Positions 17,165 through 27,691 of a stretch of DNA of 64,000 nt are shown here, piece after piece. Each line of letters begins with the position of its first letter. Position 1 is the first letter of the stretch. A program made the translations under genes and the position numbers. The stretch is from a virus, in IMG/VR virus record IMGVR_UViG_3300038429_000225, positions 1 to 64,000 of that record; one strand, given 5' to 3'. The notes below the pieces were generated by a model, which searched no databases, was not told the DNA's origin, and was given only the letters and a program-made list of their open reading frames with translations.

Positions 17165-17403
17165 CGGGGCCTCTCCAGGTGCTACTCAGATTCTTTGGGG
17201 CGGTGCCACGGCGCTTTATTGTTGAAGGCTTCAACTAATTCTGCGACGGTGGGCATAAAATCCTCTTTACCTTCGTCGGGCCACAGGTTGGACAGGTCCA
17301 GCCGTGAAGCCCATGGACGAATTTCTTCTCGGCCATCTCGACTTTCGGCTTATGAACCGAACTTCCACACTTAACACAAGCATATTGATAGCGCACTACT
17401 CCC

Positions 17404-17431
17404 CTCCATAAGACCAACGAGTTACGGCATG
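17404..17431 (-). promoter_or_regulatory. Conserved 28-bp motif, copy 1 (putative phage promoter)
   Basis: CATGCCGTAAC-TCGTTGG-TCTTATGGAG. Confidence 0.6.
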
Positions 17432-17492
17432 TTGCTCCCACCCCACCTATCAAGTCACAGAAAACAAAAGACTTAAGTACCGCCAAAAGCCA

Positions 17493-17852
17493 TTATTTCT
17501 CATCCAAAAAATAAAAACTCGAAGAATACAGATTTTCCGTCTTCCAAAGTCTTTTCAGTTTCTCTACAATAACCGAATCCCCCTCGATATCCACCAAGGC
17601 CCCTTCTTTAGTAACCTTCGCGACAACCGAAGGGATGCCGGCTTTGTTTAATATTTCCAGCATCTCCGGTTGAAGACCGTGAAGTTTGTCTGTTGGTCCT
17701 TTCACTTCAACAGCCACCAGCAAATCGTCCCGTTTAACGAGAAGATCTGGCCACCCTTTGCGAAGTACACGATAATTGTGTCTTTCAAGACGTTTTTGAA
17801 ACAACTGCTGTACTTGCGGGGTATACACGACATAAATAGGTTTCCCACTCAT
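17493..17852 (-). CDS. VRR-NUC domain nuclease
   Basis: GWPDL...VEVKGPTDKL..LQ. Confidence 0.8.
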   Translation of the reverse strand: MSGKPIYVVYTPQVQQLFQKRLERHNYRVLRKGWPDLLVKRDDLLVAVEVKGPTDKLHGLQPEMLEILNKAGIPSVVAKVTKEGALVDIEGDSVIVEKLKRLWKTENLYSSSFYFLDEK

Positions 17853-18394
17853 GGCAAATCCGGATACCGAACGTAAGCCCGTTTCCGCCACCCATCGTGA
17901 AACTTGACATCTTGCGGCTTCCGGGCCTCGATCGCCAGATATCGGGCCTCTTGGGCATCCCTGAGCTGTTCTGTGAGCTCTTCCGCGTTGTGGTCCGATA
18001 TGGCTGCCAGCGTCCACGGGCCGAGCTTACCATCCACCGCCTGCATACCCAGAACGCGCTGTAGGAGCTCCACAGCCGTCTCGATGCCGTCGTTGACAGC
18101 GAAGGACATGAGAGTGGCCGCAAGCTCGTCTGAGGCGATCTGATTGCCCCGTATGGGGGTCCAGTACTTATCGTGATAGATTTGCTTGGCCATCTCCAAC
18201 GCGTCCACATTACTGAGCCTCGTACCTGGAGGATCATCAACCCAATAACACTTAGGCAATACCAAGCATTCATCCCGGATCGTGAGCCCGAACCGCGTAA
18301 GGCCGGCGCCGTCGCCCAAGTCCTCCGTCTTTCCTGCAAGCGTCCGATCTTCGAGCCGGAGCACCCACTCAATAATACTTCCAAAATTTGCCAT
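17849..18394 (-). CDS. Endolysin, glycoside hydrolase family 108
   Basis: LE...D.GD.AG.TRFG, IY..KYW, FAVN.G, LQR.LG...DG.LGP.T, F..GW..R. Confidence 0.85.
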   Translation of the reverse strand: MANFGSIIEWVLRLEDRTLAGKTEDLGDGAGLTRFGLTIRDECLVLPKCYWVDDPPGTRLSNVDALEMAKQIYHDKYWTPIRGNQIASDELAATLMSFAVNDGIETAVELLQRVLGMQAVDGKLGPWTLAAISDHNAEELTEQLRDAQEARYLAIEARKPQDVKFHDGWRKRAYVRYPDLP

Positions 18395-18395
18395 G

Positions 18396-19745
18396 TTACT
18401 TGTCTCCCTTTTCTTTTGCCCTGTCCTCGAGATCTTTCTTGAACCGCTCAAACGGTGCCGAGTCCTTTTTGGAACGGTCAAAGCCGGATGGAGACGGATC
18501 AAGAATGCATTTGTGTCCGGCGTACCAGCGAAAGCCGCAACGCGCGCAATAACCCGGGTGACTGGCACTTTCTAACGGGATCCACGCCGTCGGACTGTCT
18601 GGTTCTATCCAAGCTGCTTTTGGCTTCTGCACTGGTTGTGATCCCGAAGTATTGCTTGTTGTTACTGGCACTGCTACAGCCTTCTCGGGTATGACCATGG
18701 CGTCCTTGACGATATCCAGCGTAAGCCCCTCGTGTTCAGGAATTTTGTCAGCCACGATCATATCGCCATCGACTGCTTGACTTGTCGCGAACGCACGTGT
18801 CAATTTGCTTACAAGGAACCGCTCCAGAGTACGACGAAGTTCTCGCGCCCCGAACTCTCTACTCGTTCCTTCTGTGATTATAAAATCTTTTGCACGATCG
18901 GATAGATCGACGGAAATGTACTTGTGTGATTTCAGAATCCGATCCTGAATACGCTTCAACTCGATCTCAAGAATCTTTCGAAGTACTTCATCCGTCAAAG
19001 GCTGAAACACAATCATGCGATCAATCCGATTGAAAAATTCCATGGAGAAAAACTTCTTCACCGCATCCTTCGCGGCATGGTAGATTTCATCTTCGGTCGA
19101 CTTTTGGCTTTCTTTCTTGGACACAAATCCCATTTCCTTCGTATCACTCAAAATCTTTTTCATGTCGGACGATCCAAGATTGGACGTCATCACGATAACA
19201 CAATTATGCATATCGATCGCTTCATTCGTCCCAGTGGTCAAAGTCGCGCGATCCATGATTCCCAGAAGAATCTGGTGCATTGAATTGTGAGCCTTCTCAA
19301 TTTCGTCAAAAAGAATGATTGTGTACTTCGGACTTTTTCCATCAGCCCATTTTGCTTCAATGGCTTTCTTTGTGATCTTTGGCTCTGTTTCTCTGTGCCC
19401 GATATATCCCGGTGGCGAGCCGATCAACTTGGCAATCTCGTGAGAGGCCTGGTATTCCGCACAATCCATCTTAATAAGCGTGACGCCCATCAATTCGGCA
19501 AAAACTTCCGTCGCGTGTGTCTTTCCCGATCCTGTGGGACCAACGAACAAGAACACCCCGAGCGGACGATCAGCCGCGGCCATTCCAGCCATGTACGTCT
19601 CGTGGACGCGAACGAAATGCTTGATCGCCCTATCCTGACCGGCGACTTTAGCTTTCAGCCCCTCTTCCAGTTTTGCAACTTCCTCGGGGACTTTGGATTC
19701 GTCCATCTTTACGACTTCCGGCTTGTCCTTCGTGAATAGGCCCAT
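18396..19745 (-). CDS. Single-module Clp ATPase (ClpB/ClpC D2-like) with C-terminal Cys/His motif
   Basis: VAGQD, GPTGSGKT, GSPPGYIG pore loop, FDEIEKAH, MTSNLG, EMGF loop, EFFNRID, FGARELRR. No D1 domain. Confidence 0.88.
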   Translation of the reverse strand: MGLFTKDKPEVVKMDESKVPEEVAKLEEGLKAKVAGQDRAIKHFVRVHETYMAGMAAADRPLGVFLFVGPTGSGKTHATEVFAELMGVTLIKMDCAEYQASHEIAKLIGSPPGYIGHRETEPKITKKAIEAKWADGKSPKYTIILFDEIEKAHNSMHQILLGIMDRATLTTGTNEAIDMHNCVIVMTSNLGSSDMKKILSDTKEMGFVSKKESQKSTEDEIYHAAKDAVKKFFSMEFFNRIDRMIVFQPLTDEVLRKILEIELKRIQDRILKSHKYISVDLSDRAKDFIITEGTSREFGARELRRTLERFLVSKLTRAFATSQAVDGDMIVADKIPEHEGLTLDIVKDAMVIPEKAVAVPVTTSNTSGSQPVQKPKAAWIEPDSPTAWIPLESASHPGYCARCGFRWYAGHKCILDPSPSGFDRSKKDSAPFERFKKDLEDRAKEKGDK

Positions 19746-19756
19746 GACTCCCTTTT

Positions 19757-20092
19757 CTATCGGTGGATTGTAACAAACTGCTTCAAATCCCGAATCCAAA
19801 CATACGCGCCAGGGTGCGAACGCCAAAAGGGGTTCGCGGATGTATGGGCTCTTTGCCCCTCCGCTTCCTTGACCAGATTGAACGTCCCGCAACTCTCCAC
19901 GTCAAACTCCCGATGACGCCGACCACACTTGGCACACTTGATCATCTTGCCGATCTCGGGGTGCCGGCCAAAGAATGAGCGCAACTTAAATTCTTTCTTG
20001 AAACTCTCAGTGGCTACAAACATCTTAAGAGTTTCGCTGGCTTTGTTCGCGATTTTCTCAACCTGTTGTTCAGTCAACAATTCGTCGCTCAT
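19757..20092 (-). CDS. Hypothetical zinc-finger protein
   Basis: CAKCGRRH motif. Confidence 0.55.
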   Translation of the reverse strand: MSDELLTEQQVEKIANKASETLKMFVATESFKKEFKLRSFFGRHPEIGKMIKCAKCGRRHREFDVESCGTFNLVKEAEGQRAHTSANPFWRSHPGAYVWIRDLKQFVTIHR

Positions 20093-20541
20093 CGTTCCTC
20101 TCTATTGATTCCACCAAGTGTCCGGTTGTTTTCTGTAAACTGCAAAACCGGAATTCCCCAATCGGCGTCTTCCTGTTTTCTAAAATCGGCTGCCGATACA
20201 TTTACAAACAGGTAAGCAAGTTCGTCATAATTCAACTTACCATACTCCTCAATGCGCGATTTTTCTTCCTGATAACCGTCCACATACGCGCGCTCAATAT
20301 GAACATCATCAATCGTAGCAGCCCGAGGAGTTTGGTTCATACGTCCAGTAAGGCAAATCTTTCCGCCGTCATGATAAGGCTTCGGACGATCATACCCAAT
20401 TACCCATTCTGCCCCACCCAGCTTAACCAGTTCATTTGCTCTCGCGATGCTTACAATTTTCCGGCAGGCGCACGGGATCGGCCGCGGTTCCCCCAGCTCG
20501 ATGTTGTAACACGAATGAACTTCAACGACGCCCTTGACCAC
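20089..20541 (-). CDS. Hypothetical protein
   Basis: ORF with HSC...CACR. Start uncertain. Confidence 0.5.
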   Translation of the reverse strand: MVKGVVEVHSCYNIELGEPRPIPCACRKIVSIARANELVKLGGAEWVIGYDRPKPYHDGGKICLTGRMNQTPRAATIDDVHIERAYVDGYQEEKSRIEEYGKLNYDELAYLFVNVSAADFRKQEDADWGIPVLQFTENNRTLGGINREER

Positions 20542-20630
20542 AATGCCTTCCTTTGAAGAATCGGAGAGGGAACCCGTCACCCCAAGAACTTTGACGGTTG
20601 AGAGGTTCCATTGTGGGTCTTTGTTCCTCT

Positions 20631-20658
20631 CTCCATAAGACTGACCGGTTACGGCATG
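20631..20658 (-). promoter_or_regulatory. Conserved 28-bp motif, copy 2
   Basis: CATGCCGTAAC-CGGTCAG-TCTTATGGAG. Confidence 0.6.
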
Positions 20659-21203
20659 TTTCTGACCCGAGGCCCGCTTCCGTCGGGTCTTTCACCTCTC
20701 GAAGTTCGAACAATGCTTCTAATAAGCATCTCGACCGTTCGAGATTTTTCATTCATTTCTTTTGCTACTTCATCGAACGTCCAGCCCATCCTAAAATACA
20801 ACTGAATAACCTGAGCCCAACGTCCGGCTCTTTTCCTTTGGTTTTCATTTACTGCTAATTTTGGAAACGCAGTCAGAAGAATTTTCTGAATTCCTTTCGT
20901 TGTTCTCGCCCAGTCGGGCAACTCCCGCTCCTCCGTACGAATCTTCTTAATCTGAAACCCACTAAGAAAACCACGCAGATCTGATAAGTCTTCTTCTGGA
21001 AATGACTTTAAAAGTTCTTTCTCCGCACTGTGTCGATTCAACGTGGAATCAAACGCTACATCTTGAAAATGTATGTTTCCATTAACCGTATCCGGCGGCG
21101 AACATTTCGAACACAGATACTTCGATCTTTCGGTAACTTGTTCAACAGGAACAGACACCCAACTAGAACAGTGGTCACCAGAACAACGGAGTATCGTATT
21201 CAT
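20649..21203 (-). CDS. Transcription factor with sigma70 region-4-like HTH and N-terminal Cys cluster
   Basis: VIQLYFRMGWTFDEVAKEMNEKSRTVE and CSGDHC...CSKC. Confidence 0.65.
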   Translation of the reverse strand: MNTILRCSGDHCSSWVSVPVEQVTERSKYLCSKCSPPDTVNGNIHFQDVAFDSTLNRHSAEKELLKSFPEEDLSDLRGFLSGFQIKKIRTEERELPDWARTTKGIQKILLTAFPKLAVNENQRKRAGRWAQVIQLYFRMGWTFDEVAKEMNEKSRTVEMLIRSIVRTSRGERPDGSGPRVRNMP

Positions 21204-21453
21204 GGCATTGACTCCTCACTATAATCGTCTTCCAGCACATCCCCTACTGGCTGCTTGTCCCTCCACCCACGACGATCAAGAAGAAGACGTCGCGTTTCTT
21301 CGAGATTCCGTGCCCGATCTTCTGTAACCAAATACGGATCTGGTCCGGGATCGGGAATAGTCTCATACATCTTTTTGTGACGCTCACAATAAGCACTATC
21401 ACCAAAAGCCATTTCTGAACACATCAGTTTAACACACATCCTTCCAATCGGCA

Positions 21454-22653
21454 TTATAGGGCCTCCTCGGGCTCATCAAAGTAGTCATCCTCCAAATCTT
21501 CTTCCGTCTTTTGTTCAAAAATACTGTCACGTAACACGTTGTCCCGCAAGCAGAAAGCCTTGAAATAATTGTCACGGCGATCGTCGTGCGGAAAACGAAT
21601 CCCGAAAGTGTTCGTCCATTTACCAGTTTCCCAGGCGTTCACGATACGAACAATCTGATCGGCAGCGATCTGGCCGGCGTCATCCGCACTAAGTTTGTCC
21701 ACGATGCCCGCACTGAACTGGAGCCTCTGTCGCGTAAGATCTTCGCGCTTCACCAACACAGCATTCTCTTCACGCCACTTAGCTGCCCGTTCCTTCGCAT
21801 CTTTCTTGGTATCCAAGTCGCCATTCTCGCGGAATCCCTGGGCCTTATTCATCTCCTCGACCATCACGTCGTTGCCAACAACATAGCAAGAGTCTTCCTC
21901 GACAGATGCGATCACTACTTCATCGCCGGCTGCAAACCGGCCCGCATCAACCAACATCGTGGCGCTGTAGCCCTTCTTAACGCTGTGCCCGCACTTCTTA
22001 AACCACAGGAAAGCTACATCAAAGATATTGACGGTCCACGCGTATACCCGCATTTGTTGATCATGCGCAACGATGCCTTTCGTGTCGTCCAGGTCCAAAC
22101 CGCTGGTCTTCATATCGATGATCACTTGGCGAAACAGGCCGTCTTCCTTCTTCCACTCAACCTTCGGAAGCATAGGATGATCGGGCTGCACGCGCGCAAT
22201 CATATCCAGCTTGGCGTAGAAATCTATGCCGCCATACTTCGGGTGGCCTGGAAAGACTTCCTTCGTAAACGGACGTTGAAAAATCGTGTCCATCGGAATT
22301 GGAAGACTTGGCTGCCGAATCTTGTAGAGACGCATCATTTCCGTGCCAGCGCGTAATAGGCTGGCCCAGTCGATCTCGCGCGTGGTATAAACCAACTGCT
22401 TCATGTCCTTGCGCTGCGCCCACAGGCGCGTGAACTCTTCCACAGGGTCACACTTGCCGGCGGTCTTATGATAGAACTCCACCGTGTCTTCCAGATCACG
22501 TCCGAAGAGCAGCGCCGCCTTCGTATCCTTCTCTTTCCACCCCATGATGCGGTGTAGGTAATACTTATACGCATTGCCTGTGAACTCTAGGCCCGCACTA
22601 TAAGAGTGCCGGTTGCGCTCGTTTCCTTCTGAATCAATGTATAAAATTGCCAT
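21454..22653 (-). CDS. PD-(D/E)XK (RecB/Cas4-like) exonuclease
   Basis: HSYS...KYYL, LD...IIDMKTSG...Q...Y. Confidence 0.75.
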   Translation of the reverse strand: MAILYIDSEGNERNRHSYSAGLEFTGNAYKYYLHRIMGWKEKDTKAALLFGRDLEDTVEFYHKTAGKCDPVEEFTRLWAQRKDMKQLVYTTREIDWASLLRAGTEMMRLYKIRQPSLPIPMDTIFQRPFTKEVFPGHPKYGGIDFYAKLDMIARVQPDHPMLPKVEWKKEDGLFRQVIIDMKTSGLDLDDTKGIVAHDQQMRVYAWTVNIFDVAFLWFKKCGHSVKKGYSATMLVDAGRFAAGDEVVIASVEEDSCYVVGNDVMVEEMNKAQGFRENGDLDTKKDAKERAAKWREENAVLVKREDLTRQRLQFSAGIVDKLSADDAGQIAADQIVRIVNAWETGKWTNTFGIRFPHDDRRDNYFKAFCLRDNVLRDSIFEQKTEEDLEDDYFDEPEEAL

Positions 22654-24526
22654 CGATCGCTCCCTCAAACAACGTTTGCTGACCTTTGAATCCGGGCAAT
22701 GGTTGCTTCTCAAACTCTTCCTGCTTCACGGGGTCCCAATGGCCCGTCAAGAACGGAGACATAGATCCAAAAAATGTCACAGTCAAATACGTAGCGGCGC
22801 GCGTAAGCGCGACCCACATTATCCGCCTCTCTTCCGAGAGCGCTCCGCGCTTGTGGGGAAGAATATCTTGGCAAACTCCAGCCACGAAAACGTGCTCCCA
22901 CTCTTTTCCTTTGGCTTGGTGGATGGTGGAAAGAGTAAGTCGAGGCTGTTTAGATTTGCGGGAGGCAGCAATAGCTTTACGGGCGTGGGCGATGAATTCG
23001 TGAACGGTTCCAAATTTGGTTGAAACTTTGTAGAGCTCATTGATGTTCTCCAACGCGTCATTATCTTCGTCGCCTTCTTCCTCGGTCTCATAGTAAGTCC
23101 GAATGTCTGCGCGGGCCAGAACGTCCTGCAACACCAACGCCGGATTCGCGGTCGGCCCATGGCGCATTGATTTCATGAAGTGCGCCGCGGCCTTAATGTT
23201 GTCCTGCTGATTCGCCTCAAACTGCCCCAGGATTTCCGGGGAAGTCATCATCGTGATAAACGGAGCCGCCTTGCCCGTCGCTTCCTTTTCAGTTTTCGAA
23301 GCGCGCTCGAGAGCGGAAACAAGGTCTCTCTTCTTAAGATACTTGGTGTATCGGAAGGGAGACTGGATGATGGTTTTGACGGCGGCGTCGCTGGGGAAGT
23401 CACTGGATTGGACATAAGCGAGCAGATAACGAACCTCGGGTTGGGTCCAGAACCCAGATTTTCCGAGTAAGTTATATTTAATCCCTCGGTCAATACAGGC
23501 GTTTTCGAAGCGGGCAAGTTGTCTGTTGGTCCTGGTAAGGATGGCAGTGTGTTCTGGGTCCGTAATTGATCCGAGAATCTTTGATGCCTCATCAGAGTCG
23601 GACCCAAATTTGAGTACTCTGGGTATGGGTCCGCTATTCCTTTCCGAGACCATGAGTTCGATGAGTCTGCTTTCTTTGGGAGCAAACTGCTTACAGAACC
23701 CCACAATCTCAGGAGTCGATCGATAATTTCTAAATAGATAGATTGTCTTGGCTCCCGGGAATCGTGTGTCAAAATTGGATAATCCGTTTGGCTCTGCCCC
23801 GCGCCACTCATAAATAAGCTGTTCTTCATCTCCGACCGCGAAAACGTTTCGGTGTTTTTCCGAAAGAAGTTTAACCAATCGCCATTGTATTTCATCTGTA
23901 TCCTGCGCTTCATCTACGAGAACGAACTTGAATTGCCACCGGGTACGAACTTCCTCGTTCGCCTCCAGCAGTCGTACGCTCTCTAGCAACATTGAATCAA
24001 AATCCAACCAACCCTCTTCCCGACACCGCTGTTCATACTGTCGATAAGCCAGGGCCATGCGCATACCTTCTGCGCCGCGCGCGAACTCCATTGCCTTGTC
24101 CGGCTCTGTGCCCTTCCGCTTCATGTTTGAAATATATGCCGTCATCTTCTTGAAATCCAACCGATTGGCACGACACAGTGTCCCGAATAACTTACGCTGC
24201 TGCCCAGCCTCTGGTGGTGCGTGCAACAGTTGAAACGGAAGCTTTGAAACTTCCTGATGAATCAACTCCAAGCAAAAGCTATGGAACGTCCGAAAGATCT
24301 TCTGGTCCTCCGGAAGCGCCGCTCGCTGTCCCATTTCGAGTGCAGCCTCTCGCGTGAATGTAAGCGCCAGGATTGTCTCGGGCGAATACCCCTCTTCCAG
24401 CAGTGAATGCACACGCTCTACAATAACACGCGTCTTGCCACTACCTGGACACGACGTAACCACATAGGCGCCGTCTCTAGTTCGGACAGCTTCTCGCTGC
24501 TCTGGATTGAGGGGGAAGTCGCTCAC
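22634..24526 (-). CDS. UvrD/PcrA-family SF1 helicase
   Basis: LNPEQ, PGSGKT, TFHS, VDEAQD, VGD..Q.IY.WRGA, NYRS, TIHQAKGKEW, EERR..VALTRA. Confidence 0.93.
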   Translation of the reverse strand: MSDFPLNPEQREAVRTRDGAYVVTSCPGSGKTRVIVERVHSLLEEGYSPETILALTFTREAALEMGQRAALPEDQKIFRTFHSFCLELIHQEVSKLPFQLLHAPPEAGQQRKLFGTLCRANRLDFKKMTAYISNMKRKGTEPDKAMEFARGAEGMRMALAYRQYEQRCREEGWLDFDSMLLESVRLLEANEEVRTRWQFKFVLVDEAQDTDEIQWRLVKLLSEKHRNVFAVGDEEQLIYEWRGAEPNGLSNFDTRFPGAKTIYLFRNYRSTPEIVGFCKQFAPKESRLIELMVSERNSGPIPRVLKFGSDSDEASKILGSITDPEHTAILTRTNRQLARFENACIDRGIKYNLLGKSGFWTQPEVRYLLAYVQSSDFPSDAAVKTIIQSPFRYTKYLKKRDLVSALERASKTEKEATGKAAPFITMMTSPEILGQFEANQQDNIKAAAHFMKSMRHGPTANPALVLQDVLARADIRTYYETEEEGDEDNDALENINELYKVSTKFGTVHEFIAHARKAIAASRKSKQPRLTLSTIHQAKGKEWEHVFVAGVCQDILPHKRGALSEERRIMWVALTRAATYLTVTFFGSMSPFLTGHWDPVKQEEFEKQPLPGFKGQQTLFEGAIDGNFIH

Positions 24527-25524
24527 GCAATCTCCTTCTCAATAAACGCGACCACGCCCACATCACCGCTCTTCGCAAGCACAGCATCCAACTCGGATAG
24601 AAGCTTGGCATATTCCTCAACCGTCTTCTCTGCAACCTTACGAGCCCTAAACTTCTCCCACTTCGCCGCAATCCCCAAACCCTTCGCGGGACGCATGCCG
24701 CCACGCTGGAGCACGTCGCGCCGATAGGTGTTGAGGCGCGCTGTGATTTGATCCATGGTTTGAGATTCAGTCTGCGAAACTGCCGGACTCTCGAACGTAG
24801 AAACAGATGCAGAATTGACACTAAACGCAGTATTGCCCGGATCGGTCATCTTATTACCATAGTACTGTTTTGCTGCTTTTTCGGTTGGGGGCGGCGGTTG
24901 AATCTCGAACGGCGGATTCGGATTAAATATTGAGGGAGATAGTTTTTCATCCAAAGGATCGTGCAATCCCGGATCAATCACTTCTGATACCTCCACCGCC
25001 GGCGCACTTGATGGCACAGGGGCCGGGGGAGGCGGAACATACGAATCTATCAAATCCGATTTCATCTCCACGGGCGCCCCGTTCATTCCTTCGATTTCGG
25101 ATTCGTCTAACAAACCCGAGCCAACAAAATCTAGAATGGCACGGCGCTTGGCTTTCGTCTGTGCGGCCATGATCGCATCGGCGTAATCTTTTCCTGAGAG
25201 GCCTTTCAAAGATTGAGCGCCAACAGCCGAATCGGTGCGACCGGGCATGTCTGTGACAGTCGCCGTGAACATCACCACGTCCTGTTGAATCTCTGGTTTC
25301 GACAACGACACACTTAATCCGTGGTGGTGACTAAGTTGCACGGACGCATTTCGGAGAGCATACAAAATCAAACTGTGCTTTCCGTTCCGATCGATCTGTT
25401 CAAAGTATTGCAGCGGACGAGTCCTGACGTCAAGATGCATCGCCTCGCAAACCTGGACGTAGAACTTCACGCGGTCTTCCGCGGACAACAGAATAAGGTC
25501 TCCAGTTACCACGATGCTTTCCAT
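24523..25524 (-). CDS. Probable ssDNA annealing recombinase (RecT/Rad52-like)
   Basis: LS..DRV.FY...C..L...T.P...LY and A.M.A.TKAKRR..L...G.G.LDESE. It lies next to the exonuclease and helicase. Confidence 0.6.
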   Translation of the reverse strand: MESIVVTGDLILLSAEDRVKFYVQVCEAMHLDVRTRPLQYFEQIDRNGKHSLILYALRNASVQLSHHHGLSVSLSKPEIQQDVVMFTATVTDMPGRTDSAVGAQSLKGLSGKDYADAIMAAQTKAKRRAILDFVGSGLLDESEIEGMNGAPVEMKSDLIDSYVPPPPAPVPSSAPAVEVSEVIDPGLHDPLDEKLSPSIFNPNPPFEIQPPPPTEKAAKQYYGNKMTDPGNTAFSVNSASVSTFESPAVSQTESQTMDQITARLNTYRRDVLQRGGMRPAKGLGIAAKWEKFRARKVAEKTVEEYAKLLSELDAVLAKSGDVGVVAFIEKEIA

Positions 25525-25534
25525 GATTATCTCC

Positions 25535-27691
25535 TCAACCCTTCTTATAAAATGTACCAGAATATCCGGCTGCTGTCAAGGGTAATCCTGGGGCCCACTC
25601 TGGCGTCTGCGAAAGACACCAAAGTAGATCGTCCAATCCCATCCCATCCGGAGTATCCGGATTCTCGGTGATAATCTCATCATGAACATGGCCCACGATA
25701 TTGAGCCCAATCTCATCTGCCCGAAGCATCGCTTCCACCAGGATATCCCGACTGATCGCCTGGACGATGTTCTCGACCAGTTTCCCACCATGTGTACTGA
25801 TATCACCCCAGGTCTTCGTATCCTGGTTGATGCCACTGTAGTGCATCGTGCGCTTTGTGTACTCCTTACCGCTACGCCCGATCTTCTTCTCTTCGTCAAT
25901 CCAAGCATCAAGATAGTGAAGACACCGACCGGAAGGTAAGTGTATAACCAGCATGAACTTACCATTCTTCATCTTCCGACGGCCGCACCACACAAGCTGC
26001 GTCGGGCCCATCCATTGGGTCTTGCCGGTCTGGATACAACGAGCTACCGCGTTCTCGCAATCGTACCAAAGTTGCACGACTTTCTTGTATTCACCCCGGA
26101 ACACGGCCACGGCTTTTTGGGCGTCCTCTTTCGACATGATGACGTGCATGTTCTCGGCATAGCCCCACAGGCCACCCTTCACCCGATCGCCGTACTTGTT
26201 CTCCTTCCAGTCGCCACCGGATAGGCGATAACCGGCGCCTAGGACTGCAGGCTTTGCAACCTGCCTTTTCTCCTTCGCATCCTCATCTCCCTTATCGTAC
26301 GCGGATTTGAGGACTTCATATGGGATGTTGTACATCATCGCAGCAAAGGCAAGATACGGACAACGACCTCTGCGGAACACGTCAAGGATCTTCTGCTCAT
26401 CTGCCAGCCACCCGAGCACGCGGTTTTCAATCGCGTTCAAGTCTCCTACGTCCAGCCTGTGTCCCGGAGCGGCGATGAATGCCGACCGAATGCAAGACGT
26501 CATGACATCAATAACAGGATCCTTCGGAAACCGATCACGAATTCCTTGATAGTCCAGTTGGCGGATCAACTCCACAGCGGCTTCGAGCGCACCTTTCTTT
26601 TCGAGAGCCTTGATTGGCCGCGCCATGTTCTGCAACTGCACGTTGCGGCCGGCCCACCGGCCCGCACGCGGAGAACCGAGAAACAGAAACTGATCGCGCA
26701 GCCGCATGTCCGGGCCCAGTGCTAGAGTGATGGCCTCCAGCTTTGTGTACGAAGTCTTCTTGGAGTACTTCAGTTTCCCGAGAACGTCGCGGCACTCTTC
26801 CGTCAACCGAACTTCGGGGTCCGTAAGTGCGGCGTTGACAGGCTCTTTGCGTAGAGAGTTGAACGGATAGCCGCGCGCCTGAACCCACCGCATCATCTGA
26901 GGATTCGAGTTTGGATTCTCCAGGTGCGTAATCTCTTTCAGAAGGTCGCCGTAGTACTTCTTATCTCGTGCCGCCAACTCAAAACAATTCGTCGCGAATG
27001 CCTTGTCAGCCATGATGCCGACGTAATTGATCTTCTGATCAAGATGCCACATCTTCGTTTCGTTGCCAGTGAGCGGGAACTTATTAACGATACGACCGAT
27101 TGCCCGTTCCGCGACCACGTCCTGGCGACAATACTCAACGAACTGTTCCCACTCTTTCGGATGGGAAACTGCATCTGCAAACATGTATTCCACTTCTCGA
27201 CCAGCTATAGGAGACACATCGAAAAGAGAGTTTATGTCCGAAGCTTCTTTTTTCTTTTTGATCGGCCGCGGTTCACCAAACAGATGCCGCAATGGCGCGC
27301 CTACGGCTTCTAACTTCCTTAGGTGGGGAGGCATACCCATGATCTCGCCAACGCTATCTAATTTCCCGGGCATCGACAAATAGCGAGCGCCAACAGACGG
27401 ATCTTCCCACTGTTCGAACGGAACGAATATCCCAAGTTTCTTCTCTGTGCCGGTACGCTCAAAGCTAACGTTCCACGCACATTTCGTCACGTCCGGATCA
27501 GCAAAAGCTTCCTTTACTTTCTGAGGGAGAGGGTCTTTGGTGAGGTCACAGACTTCAACCGGGCCGTCATCAAACGCATAAGCCAACAGGATTAATTCAG
27601 TTTTGGGATGGGAGAAGTAAGCATCGACGCCCACATCTTCTAAATTGAGCGGTGATCGCGATTCATAATCGACGTGCAGTTTGTGTTTCAC
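25535..27691 (-). CDS. polA: Family A DNA polymerase (phage type)
   Basis: DYES exonuclease motif, YC.QDV, GRW, DLNAIE.R (motif A), RQVAK...LG.GY (motif B), VHDEI (motif C). Confidence 0.93.
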   Translation of the reverse strand: MKHKLHVDYESRSPLNLEDVGVDAYFSHPKTELILLAYAFDDGPVEVCDLTKDPLPQKVKEAFADPDVTKCAWNVSFERTGTEKKLGIFVPFEQWEDPSVGARYLSMPGKLDSVGEIMGMPPHLRKLEAVGAPLRHLFGEPRPIKKKKEASDINSLFDVSPIAGREVEYMFADAVSHPKEWEQFVEYCRQDVVAERAIGRIVNKFPLTGNETKMWHLDQKINYVGIMADKAFATNCFELAARDKKYYGDLLKEITHLENPNSNPQMMRWVQARGYPFNSLRKEPVNAALTDPEVRLTEECRDVLGKLKYSKKTSYTKLEAITLALGPDMRLRDQFLFLGSPRAGRWAGRNVQLQNMARPIKALEKKGALEAAVELIRQLDYQGIRDRFPKDPVIDVMTSCIRSAFIAAPGHRLDVGDLNAIENRVLGWLADEQKILDVFRRGRCPYLAFAAMMYNIPYEVLKSAYDKGDEDAKEKRQVAKPAVLGAGYRLSGGDWKENKYGDRVKGGLWGYAENMHVIMSKEDAQKAVAVFRGEYKKVVQLWYDCENAVARCIQTGKTQWMGPTQLVWCGRRKMKNGKFMLVIHLPSGRCLHYLDAWIDEEKKIGRSGKEYTKRTMHYSGINQDTKTWGDISTHGGKLVENIVQAISRDILVEAMLRADEIGLNIVGHVHDEIITENPDTPDGMGLDDLLWCLSQTPEWAPGLPLTAAGYSGTFYKKG

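Noticed and set aside
26230-26280. PolA Leu at the 762-equivalent position as evidence of a temperate lifestyle
   Set aside because: This is only a correlation, and no integrase or repressor is visible in this window.
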